DNA of 64,000 nucleotides from Eledone cirrhosa (lineage: Eukaryota). The translations under genes and the position numbers were made by a program. The stretch is from contig OZ024743.1 of assembly GCA_964016885.1 (NCBI GenBank), positions 84,320,001 to 84,384,000 on the forward strand. Direction: 5' to 3'. Positions 26,757 through 41,000 of the stretch are shown in pieces. Numbering within the stretch: the first letter of the stretch is position 1; every line of letters begins with the position of its first letter. Below the pieces are notes generated by a model, which saw nothing but the letters and a program-made list of their open reading frames with translations, made no database searches and had not been told where the DNA came from.

Positions 26757-26890
26757 CACTTGTGTCGGACATCTGGTTTTTTTTCATTTAAAAAAACCTC
26801 ATTTTCTTATTTATATATTTATATAATCCTCGGGTCTATGATTTTCAGCCTCATGGATTTTTTCTGTTACATTCATTTATTATATTTTGA

Positions 26891-26938
26891 ATACCTGATG
26901 ATATCACCGGAACCCAGTCATTGAAATGATCATAGTAT
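26891..26938 (+). ncRNA. Minimal type I hammerhead ribozyme motif (Penelope-like)
   Basis: Stem I atac/gtat; CTGATGA; degenerate stem II; GAAA; palindromic stem III ATGATCAT; cleavage triplet AUA. Confidence 0.55.
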
Positions 26939-26995
26939 AATAAACCTTTCAAGGATTTACACAAGTCCAGCCTCCTGTTATTTCATTATAATATA

Positions 26996-27504
26996 TCATC
27001 ATCATCATCATCATCATCAACGTTTAACGTCCGTGTTCCACGCTTGCATGGGTTTGGACGGGGGTAGTCCCACTTGAGGCAAGAGTGATTGTCTTGCTCG
27101 CATAGGACTGTCTGGCAGGTTTTCTACAGTTGGATGCCCTTCCTAACACCAACCACATTTACAGTGTGGGTCTGGGAGGTTTTTACCGTGTTGCCTACAC
27201 GGCCACATTACAGCGTGGACTGTGTGTTTTTTTGTCGTGACACCTACACGATCTCATTTGTTTCGGCCTCGATGGCGCGGCACCAACATAACTTTACATA
27301 GAACGGGGTGGTGTGGATCGGGTGGGGGTGGGGGTGGTGGGACGGGGTGTATTTTGTTAGAGATGCCTACTGGCTGGAGTAGGTTTTACTATATATTTAG
27401 GTAAGGCGGGTCTTCTCTGTTACTGAGTACCGCCAAAGGTCTCGGTCCAGTGACATTGTCTTGGAGAGGTGTAAGTGTGTGATGTCGGAGTTTATCAGCT
27501 CGTC
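26996..27504 (-). mobile_element. 5'-truncated RTE-B LINE (ORF end plus Ceph-containing 3' UTR)
   Basis: Reverse complement of about 55360-55845, with AT-repeat sequence at both ends. Confidence 0.85.
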
Positions 27505-27727
27505 ATATATAAATATTCGCCAGGATATGACTACAATATAGTTTAATAATGGGGTGTAATAAACCCACTGAATGGAAAAAGATGGGTATCAACGAGGCTT
27601 CTATTTCTATTTCAATTCTTAACTTCGTTCACCACTTTCCAAACATACTTCCTTTAAATATATATGAAGGAGCATTGAGTGCTTCACCAGCATATCGCCT
27701 ATGGACGCACCCTAGCAACCATACAAC

Positions 27728-27780
<53 letters not shown>

Positions 27781-27785
27781 TATAA

Positions 27786-27816
<31 letters not shown>

Positions 27817-27858
27817 CATATATATAAACATATATATATATATACATATATATAAATA

Positions 27859-27908
<50 letters not shown>

Positions 27909-28552
27909 TATAAATATATATGTATATATATATATATATATATATACATATATATAAATATATATGTATATACATATATGTATATATATGTATATACATA
28001 TATGTATATATATATACATATATATAAATATATATGTATATACATATCGAGCCCTCTTTGGATTTTAGTCTTCAATTTTATTATTATTACTATATATATA
28101 TACATATATATAAATATATATGTATATATATATATATATATACATTTCTTTATTCTTTTATAGAAATTACTCTACAAGACTAGAACTGTTTCATTCGTAA
28201 GAAATCATCAGGAAAGTCTAATGGTTATTTATGAATGAAACAGTTCTAGTCCTGTAGAAGTAATTTTTCCATGCTAGCATGTGTTATATATATATCGATG
28301 ACACAACAAAAAGCACCCAGTCCACACTGTAAAGTGGTCGTGTAGGAGACACGGTAAAAAGACTCCTAGTCCACACCATAAAAGTGGTTGGTGTTAGGAA
28401 GAGCATCCAGCTGTAGAAAATCTGCCAGAGACGCTTCCGTGCGAGTGACACACGGTCTCCCGACCAATCTTGCATCAAATGGAAAGAAACTGTTGAACCC
28501 ATGCTAGCATGGAAGATGGACGTTAAGCGATGATGATATATATATATATATA

Positions 28553-28899
28553 TAAATATATACAATATATTAACAAATGGAAACTATATTTATAAAACCA
28601 TATTTATTTTATTATACATATTTCAAGGGCCACCAAGGCAAATTATGGTGTGCTTTCATCAGATAAAATACAATACAGATTAGTTTTATAAATAAATATT
28701 GACATACCCTGAAAAAAGACAACCTTAACGGTTGGAGCTTTCAGGGTATGTCAATATTTATTTATAAAACTAATCTGTATTGTATTTTATCTGATGAAAG
28801 GGCACCATAATTTGCCTTGGTGGCCCTTGAAATATGTATAATAAAATAAATATGGTTTTATAAATATAGTTTCCATTTGTTAATATATTGTATATTTAT
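28553..28899. repeat. Near-perfect 347-bp hairpin (arms about 160 bp, loop about 24 nt)
   Basis: 28553-28714 is the reverse complement of 28739-28899 with two adjacent mismatches. Confidence 0.95.
28783..28848 (+). ncRNA. Type I hammerhead ribozyme motif; mirror copy on the minus strand at 28605-28670
   Basis: Stem I tattttat/ataaaata (8 bp); CTGATGA at 28791; stem II aagggc-acca/tggt-g-gccctt; GAAA at 28829; self-complementary stem III ATATGTAT; AUA cleavage site after 28840. Confidence 0.7.
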
Positions 28900-29768
28900 T
28901 CCACTAATCTGTTGAGTGCTTTATATCAGTTATAAAAATTTTTAAGCTTGTTGAATCCCAACAAATTAAATATAACCTCTGCATATAAATATATATATAT
29001 ATGTGCGTGTGTGTGTGTATATGTCTATATATATGTATATTTGTGTGTGCGTGTGTGTGTGTGTTATAAGCCAAGTTTCCTGCTCCCAGCTGGTCACTTA
29101 TCTCACTGATGTTGGCAACAGTTATTTTGGTGATGGTGCTGCTGTTGTTGGACATAGGGAACAGGGTGGTGTTGATGGTGATAGCAGTGGTGTGATAGTG
29201 GTTATGTGAAGATGGTGGTGGTGGTGGTGATGGTATTTGTGGTAGTGGTAGTGGTGGTGTTGAGCTAGAATACAAGAGTGAGTGGGTTGTACATGTAAGT
29301 GAAAATGGTGTGGTGAAAGGGAGAGATAGTGAGGTATATATATATATTGGTATGGTGGAGAAAGAGGTCGTGGTGAGAGAGAGGAGAGATAGTGAAATAT
29401 ATGGTGGTATGGTGGGGGGAGATAATAGGGTGAGAGGGGGGTAGTGAAATATATGATCATATGGTGGTGGTGGTGGTGGCAATGGTGGGGAGGGATGTAG
29501 TGTGGGTGGTGGGAGAATGAGATATATAGTGGAGAAGGTGGTGAGGTTGGGTGACAGGGTGATGGGGGATATGATGTGAAGTGTGTATGGGTAGGTAGGG
29601 TGGCAGGCAAGACTGAGAGGTAAGTCAGTAGTCAGATAGGTTGGTGGGTAGGTGTGGGGTGGAGAGAGAGCTGATAAGGTACACATGAAGGTACACATAT
29701 CTCTTTCACTCTTTCTTCCTCTCTCTGTATATATATACATACATATATACATACATATATATATATAT

Positions 29769-29812
<44 letters not shown>

Positions 29813-30405
29813 CACTGAGGGGGGGGGTTAAAGAAAGGAGTAAGAAGGCTAGTTAGGTGAGTGGGGGGAACAGAAGGCCCCTATACAGACTGGGGTGTGG
29901 GGAGGTGCAGTGAAGACTGACTTGAGAATTAATTAAAAGATAGGTAGCCTCCCTTCTCCCCATCCTCCCTACCCCTTAAAAGGGGCCACATATGGATATT
30001 AAGGATGCTGGGTAACCTGACACACCTTACCTTCCCACCTTCACTGTGGTATGTGGGGTGGGGCTGTGTGTGTGTTTTGTGAGGGTGTATATATGTATAT
30101 GTGGGGAAGTGGTGTGTGTCCTATGGGTATGTTGTGTGTTAATACTTATATATGTGTGTGTATCTGTATATGGATGTGTGTGCATACATGTGTGTTTATA
30201 TTTATATAGGTGTGCTTGTGTGTGTGGGTGTATGCATGTGTATGTGTGTATGCTTGTGTGTGTGAGTATGTATGTGTTACCTTAGTTACCATCTCATCCT
30301 CATAGATTACCTACTAACTCAGTACACAATTCTTCACACACGCATGGAGAAAAACACATGCATGTACATCTTTATATACACACACACCACACACACATAT
30401 ATATA

Positions 30406-30702
30406 TGAAAGGTAGTGAGTTCAATTCTCAGACCGGGTGATGTGTTGTTTCCTTGAGCAAGACATTTTACTTCACATTGCTCCAGTTTACTCAGCTGTAG
30501 AAATGATATGGTAAGACTGGGGTCCCTATCATTCCACTGCAAAGTGGTCGTGGAGGTGCCACAGCAAAAAAGCACCCAGCACTCACTGTAAATGAGGTTG
30601 GTGTTAGGAAGGGCATCCAGCTGTAGAAATCAAGCCAGAATCAGTTCCTGTCCCACCCTTGCAAGCAGGGAAAAAACGGACGTAAAATGAAATGATGATG
30701 AT
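30406..30702 (+). mobile_element. 5'-truncated CORE-Ceph-RTE-tail SINE
   Basis: Collinear with 9530-9825, with AT repeats at both ends. Confidence 0.82.
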
Positions 30703-31116
30703 ATATATCAAGAATATAGCCAGGTAAAATACCCCCGGAGAGTGTTCTGTATACTAAATACACATTCAGTATTGAAAAGCTACAATTAACTAAGGTTATC
30801 CTTGCAATTAGAAGACAAAAACCTCCCCTAGAGGTTTCTAAAATCCCCAAATAACAAGCAAATGAGATAACTCCAATAATATCAGTTAATCTAAATTTGG
30901 AGGAATATACAGCCAATGTAGTTAAGAGTGAATCCTGTCTTTAACTCTTTCTTTGATATAGTTCTAATGAAAGACACTATCTATGATTTGAAAATACCTA
31001 GTAATATAACAACCTTTCTCTTCATTTAGTTGGTGTTTAGAATATATGTGTGTGAGATATATGTATGAGATAAGTTGTCTCGTTCTTATTGTTTTCTCCT
31101 TGCATTATTTTATCAT

Positions 31117-32192
31117 AGACTAGCATTAAAGCCCGGCATTGCACGGGGTCATTAAGTTATCAAAGTTAGGTTGCACCACCCATTTTATGGCAACACTTTT
31201 TTGTCTGCCAGGCACTGGGTGAATGAATTGCAGACCTGGAAGCAGGAGCTGCGCCAGCAGTGACAATTGTAGTTTCGCCTATGGATATTATCTCTGTGCA
31301 AAAAAGTGTTGAAATTTATTGTTTCACAGTACTTGCACAACACGCGCGTAGACGATGCCAGCCGAACAACAGAGCTGCGATGGAGTTGTTCTGCATGGCT
31401 GTCTGTGTGTTTTCTAAATTTAAGACAGTAGGGAGGGTTGTGATATGAGAGAGAGTTAGCTGTTGTTTCTAGCAGGTTTAGAGACCTCATAGAAGATATG
31501 TGTTTTCTAAATTTAAGACAGTAGGGAGTGGTGTGATATGGGGGAGAGTTAGCTGCTGTTTCTAGCAGGTTTAGTAACCTCATAGAGGATATGTGTTTTC
31601 TAAATTTAAGACAGTAGGGAGTGGTGTGATATGGGGGAGAGTTAGCTGCTGTTTCTAGCAGGTTTAGTGACCTCATAGAAGATGTTTTCTAAATTTAAGA
31701 CATTAGGGAGGGGTGTGAATTGGGGGAGAGTTAGCTGCTGTTTCTAGCAGGTTTAGTGACCTCATAGAGGATATTATTGTTTATCATTATCTATAAAAGG
31801 CAGATTGTTGTTGTTGTTGTTGAAGTGAGTGTGTGTTTGTATGCGTTTGGAAAAGAGGTTTTAAAAAAGATTTATCGCTTGTTGTCGAATAAATGTATCC
31901 GTATAAAAGAGAAAGTAGCAAAATGTGTGGGTTGTAGATAGAGGATAAAGCAGATGATATGAGAGAGTAAAACGGACAGTATCACCATCAAGCTTGGAAA
32001 GAGTAAGTAGCAGAAAGTATGAAGTTGTATAGATTTTGAATGGTAGTGGAAAGAGTTTAGCAGTTTAAATGACAGAGAAAAATCGTAAAATATTGAGTTT
32101 TATCTATTTTTTGCGTAATTGTGGGTGAAATTGAAAAAATTATCTGTGCCAAGACGCAAGGAGCATGACCACACACTGAGCTTTATAGATTA
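31117..32192. mobile_element. Helitron/Helentron-like non-autonomous element with four internal repeats of about 93 bp
   Basis: Starts actag...gcccggcattgcacggg (hairpin) and ends cacacactgagctttatagat. Repeats at about 31405-31772. Minus-strand CKYC...KCCH remnants. Confidence 0.5.
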
Positions 32193-34098
32193 TGATGATA
32201 TATAAATTGGGAAGGGAGTAGCGATGGAGTATGAAGCTACAACCTTACCTCCATTAATCAAAATTATTACAGAAACAGCAAAAGTCATGCAATGCTCAAT
32301 AGAAAGGAACTAAACAAGAAGAAAAACATACATAACATCTTATGCCTACTTTCCATGCTGCAAGAGCTGTATGGGTTGCTACAGTCTAAAACAGTTCTTA
32401 TTTGGAGGTGCTGCCCTCCTAGATGGATCAGGGGACCATACCTCACTCATACACTCTAATTTTCAACATTGGATGTCCCACCTAATGTCAACTACTTTTT
32501 TGCCCTTTACTTTCTATGTTCAAATCCCACTGAGGTTAGCTTTGCCTTTTAACCTTATAGGGTTGATAAAATAATGTCCCAGTAAAGTACTGGGGTCAAT
32601 TTAATTGACTTTCCCCTCCCTCCAAAATTGCTGGCCTTGTGCCTAAATCAGAAAGCATTATTATTTATTGTGCATGGTGGATTAACAGAGTCAGACAAAT
32701 GTTTATCAGTATTTGTTCCAGGAATTTATGTTCTGAATTCAAATCCTGCCGAGGTCAGTCACCTTTCATCCATATGGGATCAATAAAATCTAGTACTAGT
32801 AATGCACTGTGTTGATTTAATACCCCCCCCCCCCCCTAAAAAAAAAAACTGTTCGTCTTGTGCCTAAATCAGAAACCATTGCTATTTATTGATTGTGGTG
32901 AATGGTGAATTGACAGAATTGTTAGAACATCAGATAGAATACTTTGTAGTATTTGTTCTGGCTTTCTGAGTTCAAATCCTGCTGAGATCAACTTTACCAG
33001 TCATCATTTCGAGGTCAATAAAAAATGTACCAGTTCAGTACTGGGGTCGGTTCTTCCTCTATTTCTTTCTCTCTCTTTCTCTCCCCCATTTATTGTAGAA
33101 GAACTCGACTGTGTTCAGACCTAGAAAGGGGTTAGACTCCTGTCAGGTTTAAAATAACTAAGACACAACATATGTCACTATGGTTAGTGACAAGGGTTAC
33201 AGGTCCATACATACATACATAGATAGTGGTGAATATGCTATAGAGTTTTATTCCAGTATATATAAGAATTTATCAACTCTTAAAAAAACAACTAAGCTAC
33301 CACTCCACCATTTTGAAAAGAAGACAGGACAATCTCTTCTAGAATATACAATTTTTCTTTAATCCTTCCTTACTATATTTCTAATGAAAGACATTACCTA
33401 TGATTTTCAAATAATTTTGAAAATAACCAAGAAAACTGAGGGGGTTTGTGATATAACTGAGTTAGATATCCATTGCTTTCAATTCCCCCTGGCCCCACAC
33501 ACATTCCATGACACTGCCCTTTTGTGAAGTGATTGGTGATAGGAAGGGTATTCCAGCCATAGAAAGCTTGCCAAACAAAGGGTCGGGAGGACCCTTAGTT
33601 GTGTCAAAATCATGACAACCTTTCCTGTGCACTCGGTACAACGTGAGACCATACATAAGCTGGTGCAGATGTGTGACCTGTCAGGGAGATCAGTAACTTC
33701 ACTTCAGTACTGACTTGGTCTATGTAGACCTGTCCAACCTATGTTAGCAGGAAAGTAGACATTAAAACAACGATGACAATGATAAATACTCTAAAAGTTT
33801 TGTATGGTAGAACCAGGGACAGTTTCAGATCAAATGAGCTAATAAATAAAACTCATCTACATCAGCTCTTAAATAATTTAACCTTCTTCAATAATCAAGA
33901 ACATGAAGAAACAAGTGTTTTTGTCTGTTGAGTGGTGTTAATGATGCCAAGATGTCTGTTAGAAAGGTTTGTTATTAATATATAAACCCACCACAGAGAC
34001 AATGTTTCAAATTATCTCGGTATATTATATATAGTATCTCCTATTTATGTCACACCTCTTTCAACAGTCTGTCTCTTTTTTCACCCTTTTCCTCATTT

Positions 34099-34190
<92 letters not shown>

Positions 34191-34559
34191 TCATATATAC
34201 TTGTATATAAATTGTACTTTATGCCATGTGGCTTATCTACTGAACCTACAAACTGTGATTCAAAATATATGGTCCATTATAAATGATTTATAGAAAACAA
34301 GGATGTGACGTATACACAAGTATGTGTGTGTGTGTCTGTGTATGTGTGTGCAAGGGTGTCATCGTTATCATCATCACCTTTAAACATCTATATGTATGTG
34401 TGTGTATATACAAATGTGTAAATGTATACGTTTCTGTATTCATATCTTTATATTTGTGTGTGTTTGTGTATGTATATATTCATGCGTGTGTATGTGTGTT
34501 TATATATAGATAGATCTACTTCCTCCCTGTGTGCCAATCAGAAGCAGTCTACCACTCAC

Positions 34560-34692
34560 CTGATCAACAAGCAGCTCAGCCACCTCCACGTGATTATTAA
34601 GTGCAGCCAAGTGCAATGCTGTGTACCCATCATCTTTCTTCTCATCAACAATCCATGGCCGGGGAAGTTTCGACAGAAGAATACGCATCGCA
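34560..34692 (-). CDS. MIB1: MIB1 internal coding exon (ankyrin repeats), 133 nt
   Basis: Minus strand reads ttctgttacAG|T GCG ATG CGT...GAT CAG|GTGAGT. It encodes (S)[44 protein letters not shown], almost identical to the MIB1 ankyrin region as I recall it and unlike MIB2. It ends in phase 0, matching the next exon. Confidence 0.96.
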
Positions 34693-35059
34693 CTGTAACA
34701 GAAGGAAAACGTTTACTTTACAACATAGAAACTTCACAAGAATTCTGTCACAACATGTTTCACTTTAAAATCTTGCTGTGATTATTTTTCTAATGGAATA
34801 GATTCTATTTCAAACAATTAATGGGCAATTTTGAGTGATTTTCTGGAATGATAATTTTTTTCTTTACTAACATAGTAACTTATATGGATGGTTCTTATAT
34901 ATCTTGGAAGATTTTAATTTAAACAGGAACCCTTTAAAATAAGTAATTTCGCTTCATAAAACCAGAGCCAGTTTTGGCCAGGTTTGTATCAAAAGAGTTA
35001 ATGTTATTACTGGTTTGAAATTAATGACAGAACTTGGTAGCAGAGAGCAACTGTGACAA

Positions 35060-38000
35060 CGATATATTAGACATATATGGCTAAAGAACCAGATATTGTT
35101 ATATAGCAGGGATATGTCAATATACAAGACATATGTGGCTAAAGAACCAGATATTGTTATATAGCAGGGATGTGTCAATATACTAGACATACATGGCTAA
35201 AGAACCAGATATTGTTATATAGCAGGGATATATCAATATATTAGACATATATGGCTAAAGAACCAGATATTGTTATATAGCAGGGAAATGTCAATATACT
35301 AGACATATATGGCTAAAGAACCAGATATTGTTATATAGCAGGGATATGTCAATATACTAGACATACATGGCTAAAGAACCAGATATTGTTATATAGCAGG
35401 GATATGTCAATATACTAGACATATATGGCTAAAGAACCAGATATTGTTATATAGCAGGGATATGTCAATACACTAGACATATGTGGCTAAAGAACCAGAT
35501 ATTGTTATATAGCAGGGATATGTCAATATACTAGACATATGTGGCTAAAGAACCAGATATTGTTATATAGCAGGGATATGTCAATATACTAGACATATAT
35601 AGCTAAAGAACCAGATATTGTTATATAGCAAGGATATGTCAATATACTAGACATATATGACTAAAGAACCAGATATTGTTATATAGCAGGGATATGTCAA
35701 TATACTAGACATATGTGGCTAAAGTACCAGATATTGTTATATAGCAGGGATATGTCAATATACTAGACATATGTGGCTAAAGAAGCAGATATTGTTATAT
35801 AGCAGGGATATGTCAATATACTAGACATACATGGCTAAAGAACCAGATATTGTTATATAGCAGGGATATGTCAATATACTAGACATATATGGCTAAAGAA
35901 CCAGATATTGTTATATAGCAGGGATATGTCAATACACTAGACATATGTGGCTAAAGAACCAGATATTGTTATATAGCAGGGATATGTCAATATACTAGAC
36001 ATATGTGGCTAAAGAACCAGATATTGTTATATAGCAGGGATATGTCAATATACTAGACATATATAGCTAAAGAACCAGATATTGTTATATAGCAAGGATA
36101 TGTCAATATACTAGACATATATGACTAAAGAACCAGATATTGTTATATAGCAGGGATATGTCAATATACTAGACATACATGGCTAAAGAACCAGATATTG
36201 TTATATAGCAGGGATATGTCAATATATTAGACATATATTGTTATATAGCAGGGATATGTCAATATACTAGACATATGTGGCTAAAGAACCAGATATTGTT
36301 ATATAGCAGGGATATGTCAATATACTAGACATATGTGGCTAAAGAACCAGATATTGTTATATAGCAGGGATATGTCAATATACTAGACATACATGGCTAA
36401 AGAACCAGATATTGTTATATAGCAGGGATATGTCAATATACTAGACATATCTGGCTAAAGAACTACATATTGTTATATAGCAGGGATATGTCAATATATT
36501 AGACATATGTGGCTAAAGAACCAGATATTGTTATATAGCAGGGATATGTCAATATACTAGACATACATGGCTAAAGAACCAGATATTGTTATATAGCAAG
36601 GATATGTCAATACACTAGACATACATGGCTAAAGAACTACATATTGTTATATAGCAGGGATATGTCAATATATTAGACATATGTGGCTAAAGAACTACAT
36701 ATTGTTATATAGCAGGCATATGTCAATATATTAGACATATGTGGCTAAAGAACCAGATATTGTTATATAACAGGGATATGTCAATATACTAGACATATGT
36801 GGCTAAAGAACTACATATTGTTATATAGCAGGGATATGTCAATATATTAGACATATGTGGCTAAAGAACTACATATTGTTATATAGCAGGCATATGTCAA
36901 TATATTAGACATATGTGGCTAAAGAACCAGATATTGTTATATAGCAAGGATATGTCAATATACTAGACATATATGGCTAAAGAACCAGATATTGTTATAT
37001 AGCAGGGATATGTCAATATATTAGACATATGTGGCTAAAGAACCAGATATTGTTATATAGCAAGGATATGTCAATATACTAGACATATGTGGCTAAAGAA
37101 CCAGATATTGTTATATAGTAGGGATATGTGGTTAAAGAACCAGATATTGTTATATAGCAGGGATATGTCAATACACTAGACATATGTGGCTAAAGAACCA
37201 GATATTGTTATATAGCAGGGATATGTCAATATACTAGACATATGTGGCTAAAGAACCAGATATTGTTATATAGCAGGGATATGTCAATATACTAGACATA
37301 TATAGCTAAAGAACCAGATATTGTTATATAGCAAGGATATGTCAATATACTAGACATATATGACTAAAGAACCAGATATTGTTATATAGCAGGGATATGT
37401 CAATATACTAGACATATGTGGCTAAAGTACCAGATATTGTTATATAGCAGGGATATGTCAATATACTAGACATATGTGGCTAAAGAAGTAGATATTGTTA
37501 TATAGCAGGGATATGTCAATATACTAGACATATGTGGCTAAAGAACCAGATATTGTTATATAGCAGGGATATGTCAATATACTAGACATATGTGGCTAAA
37601 GAAGCAGATATTGTTATATAGCAGGGATATGTCAATATACTAGACATATGTGCTAAAGAAGCAGATATTGTTATATAGCAGGGATATGTCAATATACTAG
37701 ACATATGTGGCTAAAGAACCAGATATTGTTATATAGCAGGGATATGTCAATATACTAGACATATGTGGCTAAAGAACCAGATATTGTTATATAGCAGGGA
37801 TATGTCAATATACTAGACATATGTGGCTAAAGAAGCAGATATTGTTATATAGCAGGGATATGTCAATATACTAGACATATATGGCTAAAGAACCAGATAT
37901 TGTTATATAGCAGGGATATGTCAATATACTAGACATATATGGCTAAAGAACCAGATATTGTTATATAGCAGGGATATGTCAATATACTAGACATATGTGG

Positions 38001-41000
38001 CTAAAGAACCAGATATTGTTATATAGCAGGGATATGTCAATATACTAGACATACATGGCTAAAGAACCAGATATTGTTATATAGCAGGGATATGTCAATA
38101 TACTAGACATACATGGCTAAAGAACCAGATATTGTTATATAGCAGGGATATGTCAATATATTAGACATATATGGCTAAAGAACCAGATGTTGTTATATAG
38201 CAGGGATATGTCAATATACTAGACATATGTGGCTAAAGAACCAGATATTGTTATATAGCAGGGATATGTCAATATACTAGACATATGTGGCTAAAGAACC
38301 AGATATTGTTATATAGCAGGGATATGTCAATATACTAGACATACATGGCTAAAGAACCAGATATTGTTATATAGCAGGGATATGTCAATATACTAGACAT
38401 ATGTGGCAAAAGAACCAGATATTGTTATATAGCAGGGATATGTCAATATACTAGACATATATGGCTAAAGAACCAGATATTGTTATATAGCAGGGATATG
38501 TCAATATACTACACATACATGGCTAAAGAACCAGATATTGTTATATAGCAGGGATATGTCAATATACTAGACATATCTGGCTAAAGAACTACATATTGTT
38601 ATATACTTGGGATATGTCAATATATTAGACATATGTGGCTAAAGAACCAGATATTGTTATATAGCAGGGATATGTCAATATACTAGACATACATGGCTAA
38701 AGAACCAGATATTGTTATATAGCAAGGATATGTCAATACACTAGACATACATGGCTAAAGAACTACATATTGTTATATAGCAGGGATATGTCAATATATT
38801 AGACATATGTGGCTAAAGAACTACATATTGTTATATAGCAGGCATATGTCAATATATTAGACATATGTGGCTAAAGAACCAGATATTGTTATATAGCAGG
38901 GATATGTCAATATACTAGACATATGTGGCTAAAGAACTACATATTGTTATATAGCAGGGATATGTCAATATATTAGACATATGTGGCTAAAGAACTACAT
39001 ATTGTTATATAGCAGGCATATGTCAATATATTAGACATATGTGGCTAAAGAACCAGATATTGTTATATAGCAAGGATATGTCAATATACTAGACATATAT
39101 GGCTAAAGAACCAGATATTGTTATATAGCAGGGATATGTCAATATATTAGACATATGTGGCTAAAGAACCAGATATTGTTATATAGCAAGGATATGTCAA
39201 TATACTAGACATATGTGGTTAAAGAACCAGATATTGTTATATAGCAGGGATATGTCAATATACTAGACATATGTGGCTAAAGAACCAGATATTGTTATAT
39301 AGCAAGGATATGTCAATATACTAGACATACATGGCTAAAGAACCAGATATTGTTATATAGCAGGGATATGTCAATATACTAGACATATATGGCTAAAGAA
39401 CCAGATATTGTTATATAGCAGGGATATGTCAATATACTAGACATACATGGCTAAAGTACCAGATATTGTTATATAGCAGGGATATGTCAATATACTAGAC
39501 ATATATGGCTAAAGAACCAGATATTGTTATATAGCAGGTATATGTCAATATACTAGACATATGTGGCTAAAGAACCAGATATTGTTATATAGTAGGGATA
39601 TGTGGTTAAAGAACCAGATATTGTTATATAGCAGGGATATGTCAATATACTAGACATATATGGCTAAAGAACCAGATATTGTTATATAGCAGGGATATGT
39701 CAATATACTAGACAAATGTGGCTAAAGAACCAGATATTGTTATATAGCAGGGATATGTCAATATACTAGACATATATGGCTAAAGAACCAGATATTGTTA
39801 TATAGCAGGGATATGTCAATATACTAGACATATGTGGCTAAAGAACCAGATATTGTTATATAGCAGGGATACGTCAATATACTAGACATATATGGCTAAA
39901 GAACCAGATATTGTTATATAGCAGGGATATGTCAATATATTAGACATATGTGGCTAAAGAACCAGATATTGTTATATAGCAAGGATATGTCAATATACTA
40001 GACATATGTTGTTAAAGAACCAGATATTGTTATATAGCAGGGATATGTCAATATACTAGACATACATGGCTAAAGTACCAGATATTGTTATATAGCAGGG
40101 ATATGTCAATATACAAGACATATATGGCTAAAGAACCAGATATTGTTATATAGCAGGGATATGTCAATATACTAGACATATATGGCTAAAGAACCAGATA
40201 TTGTTATATAGCAGGGATATGTCAATATATTAGACATACATGGCTAAAGAACCAGATATTGTTATATAGCAGGGATATGTCAATATACTAGACATATATG
40301 GCTAAAGAACCAGATATTGTTATATAGCAGGGATATGTCAATATACTAGACATATGTGGCTAAAGAACCAGATATTGTTATATAGCAGGGATATGTCAAT
40401 ATATTAGACATATGTGGCTAAAGAACCAGATATTGTTATATAGCAAGGATATGTCAATATACTAGACATATGTGGCTAAAGAACCAGATATTGTTATATA
40501 GCAGGGATATGTCAATATACTAGACATACATGGCTAAAGAACTACATATTGTTATATAGCAGGGATATGTCAATATATTAAACATATGTGGCTAAAGAAC
40601 CAGATATTGTTATATAGCAGGGATATGTCAATATACTAGACATATATGACTAAAGAACCAGATATTGTTATATAGTAGGGATATGTCAATATATTAGACA
40701 TATATGGCTAAAGAACCAGATATTGTTATATAGAAGGGATATGTCAATATACTAGACATATGTGGCTAAAGTACCAGATATTGTTATATAGCAAGGATAT
40801 GTCAATATACTAGACATACATGGCTAAAGTACCAGATATTGTTATATAGCAGGGATATGTCAATATACTAGACATATGTGGCTAAAGAACCAGATATTGT
40901 TATATAGCAAGGATATGTCAATATACTAGACATATATGGCTAAAGAACCAGATATTGTTATATAGTAGGGATATGTCAATATACTAGACATATGTGGCTA

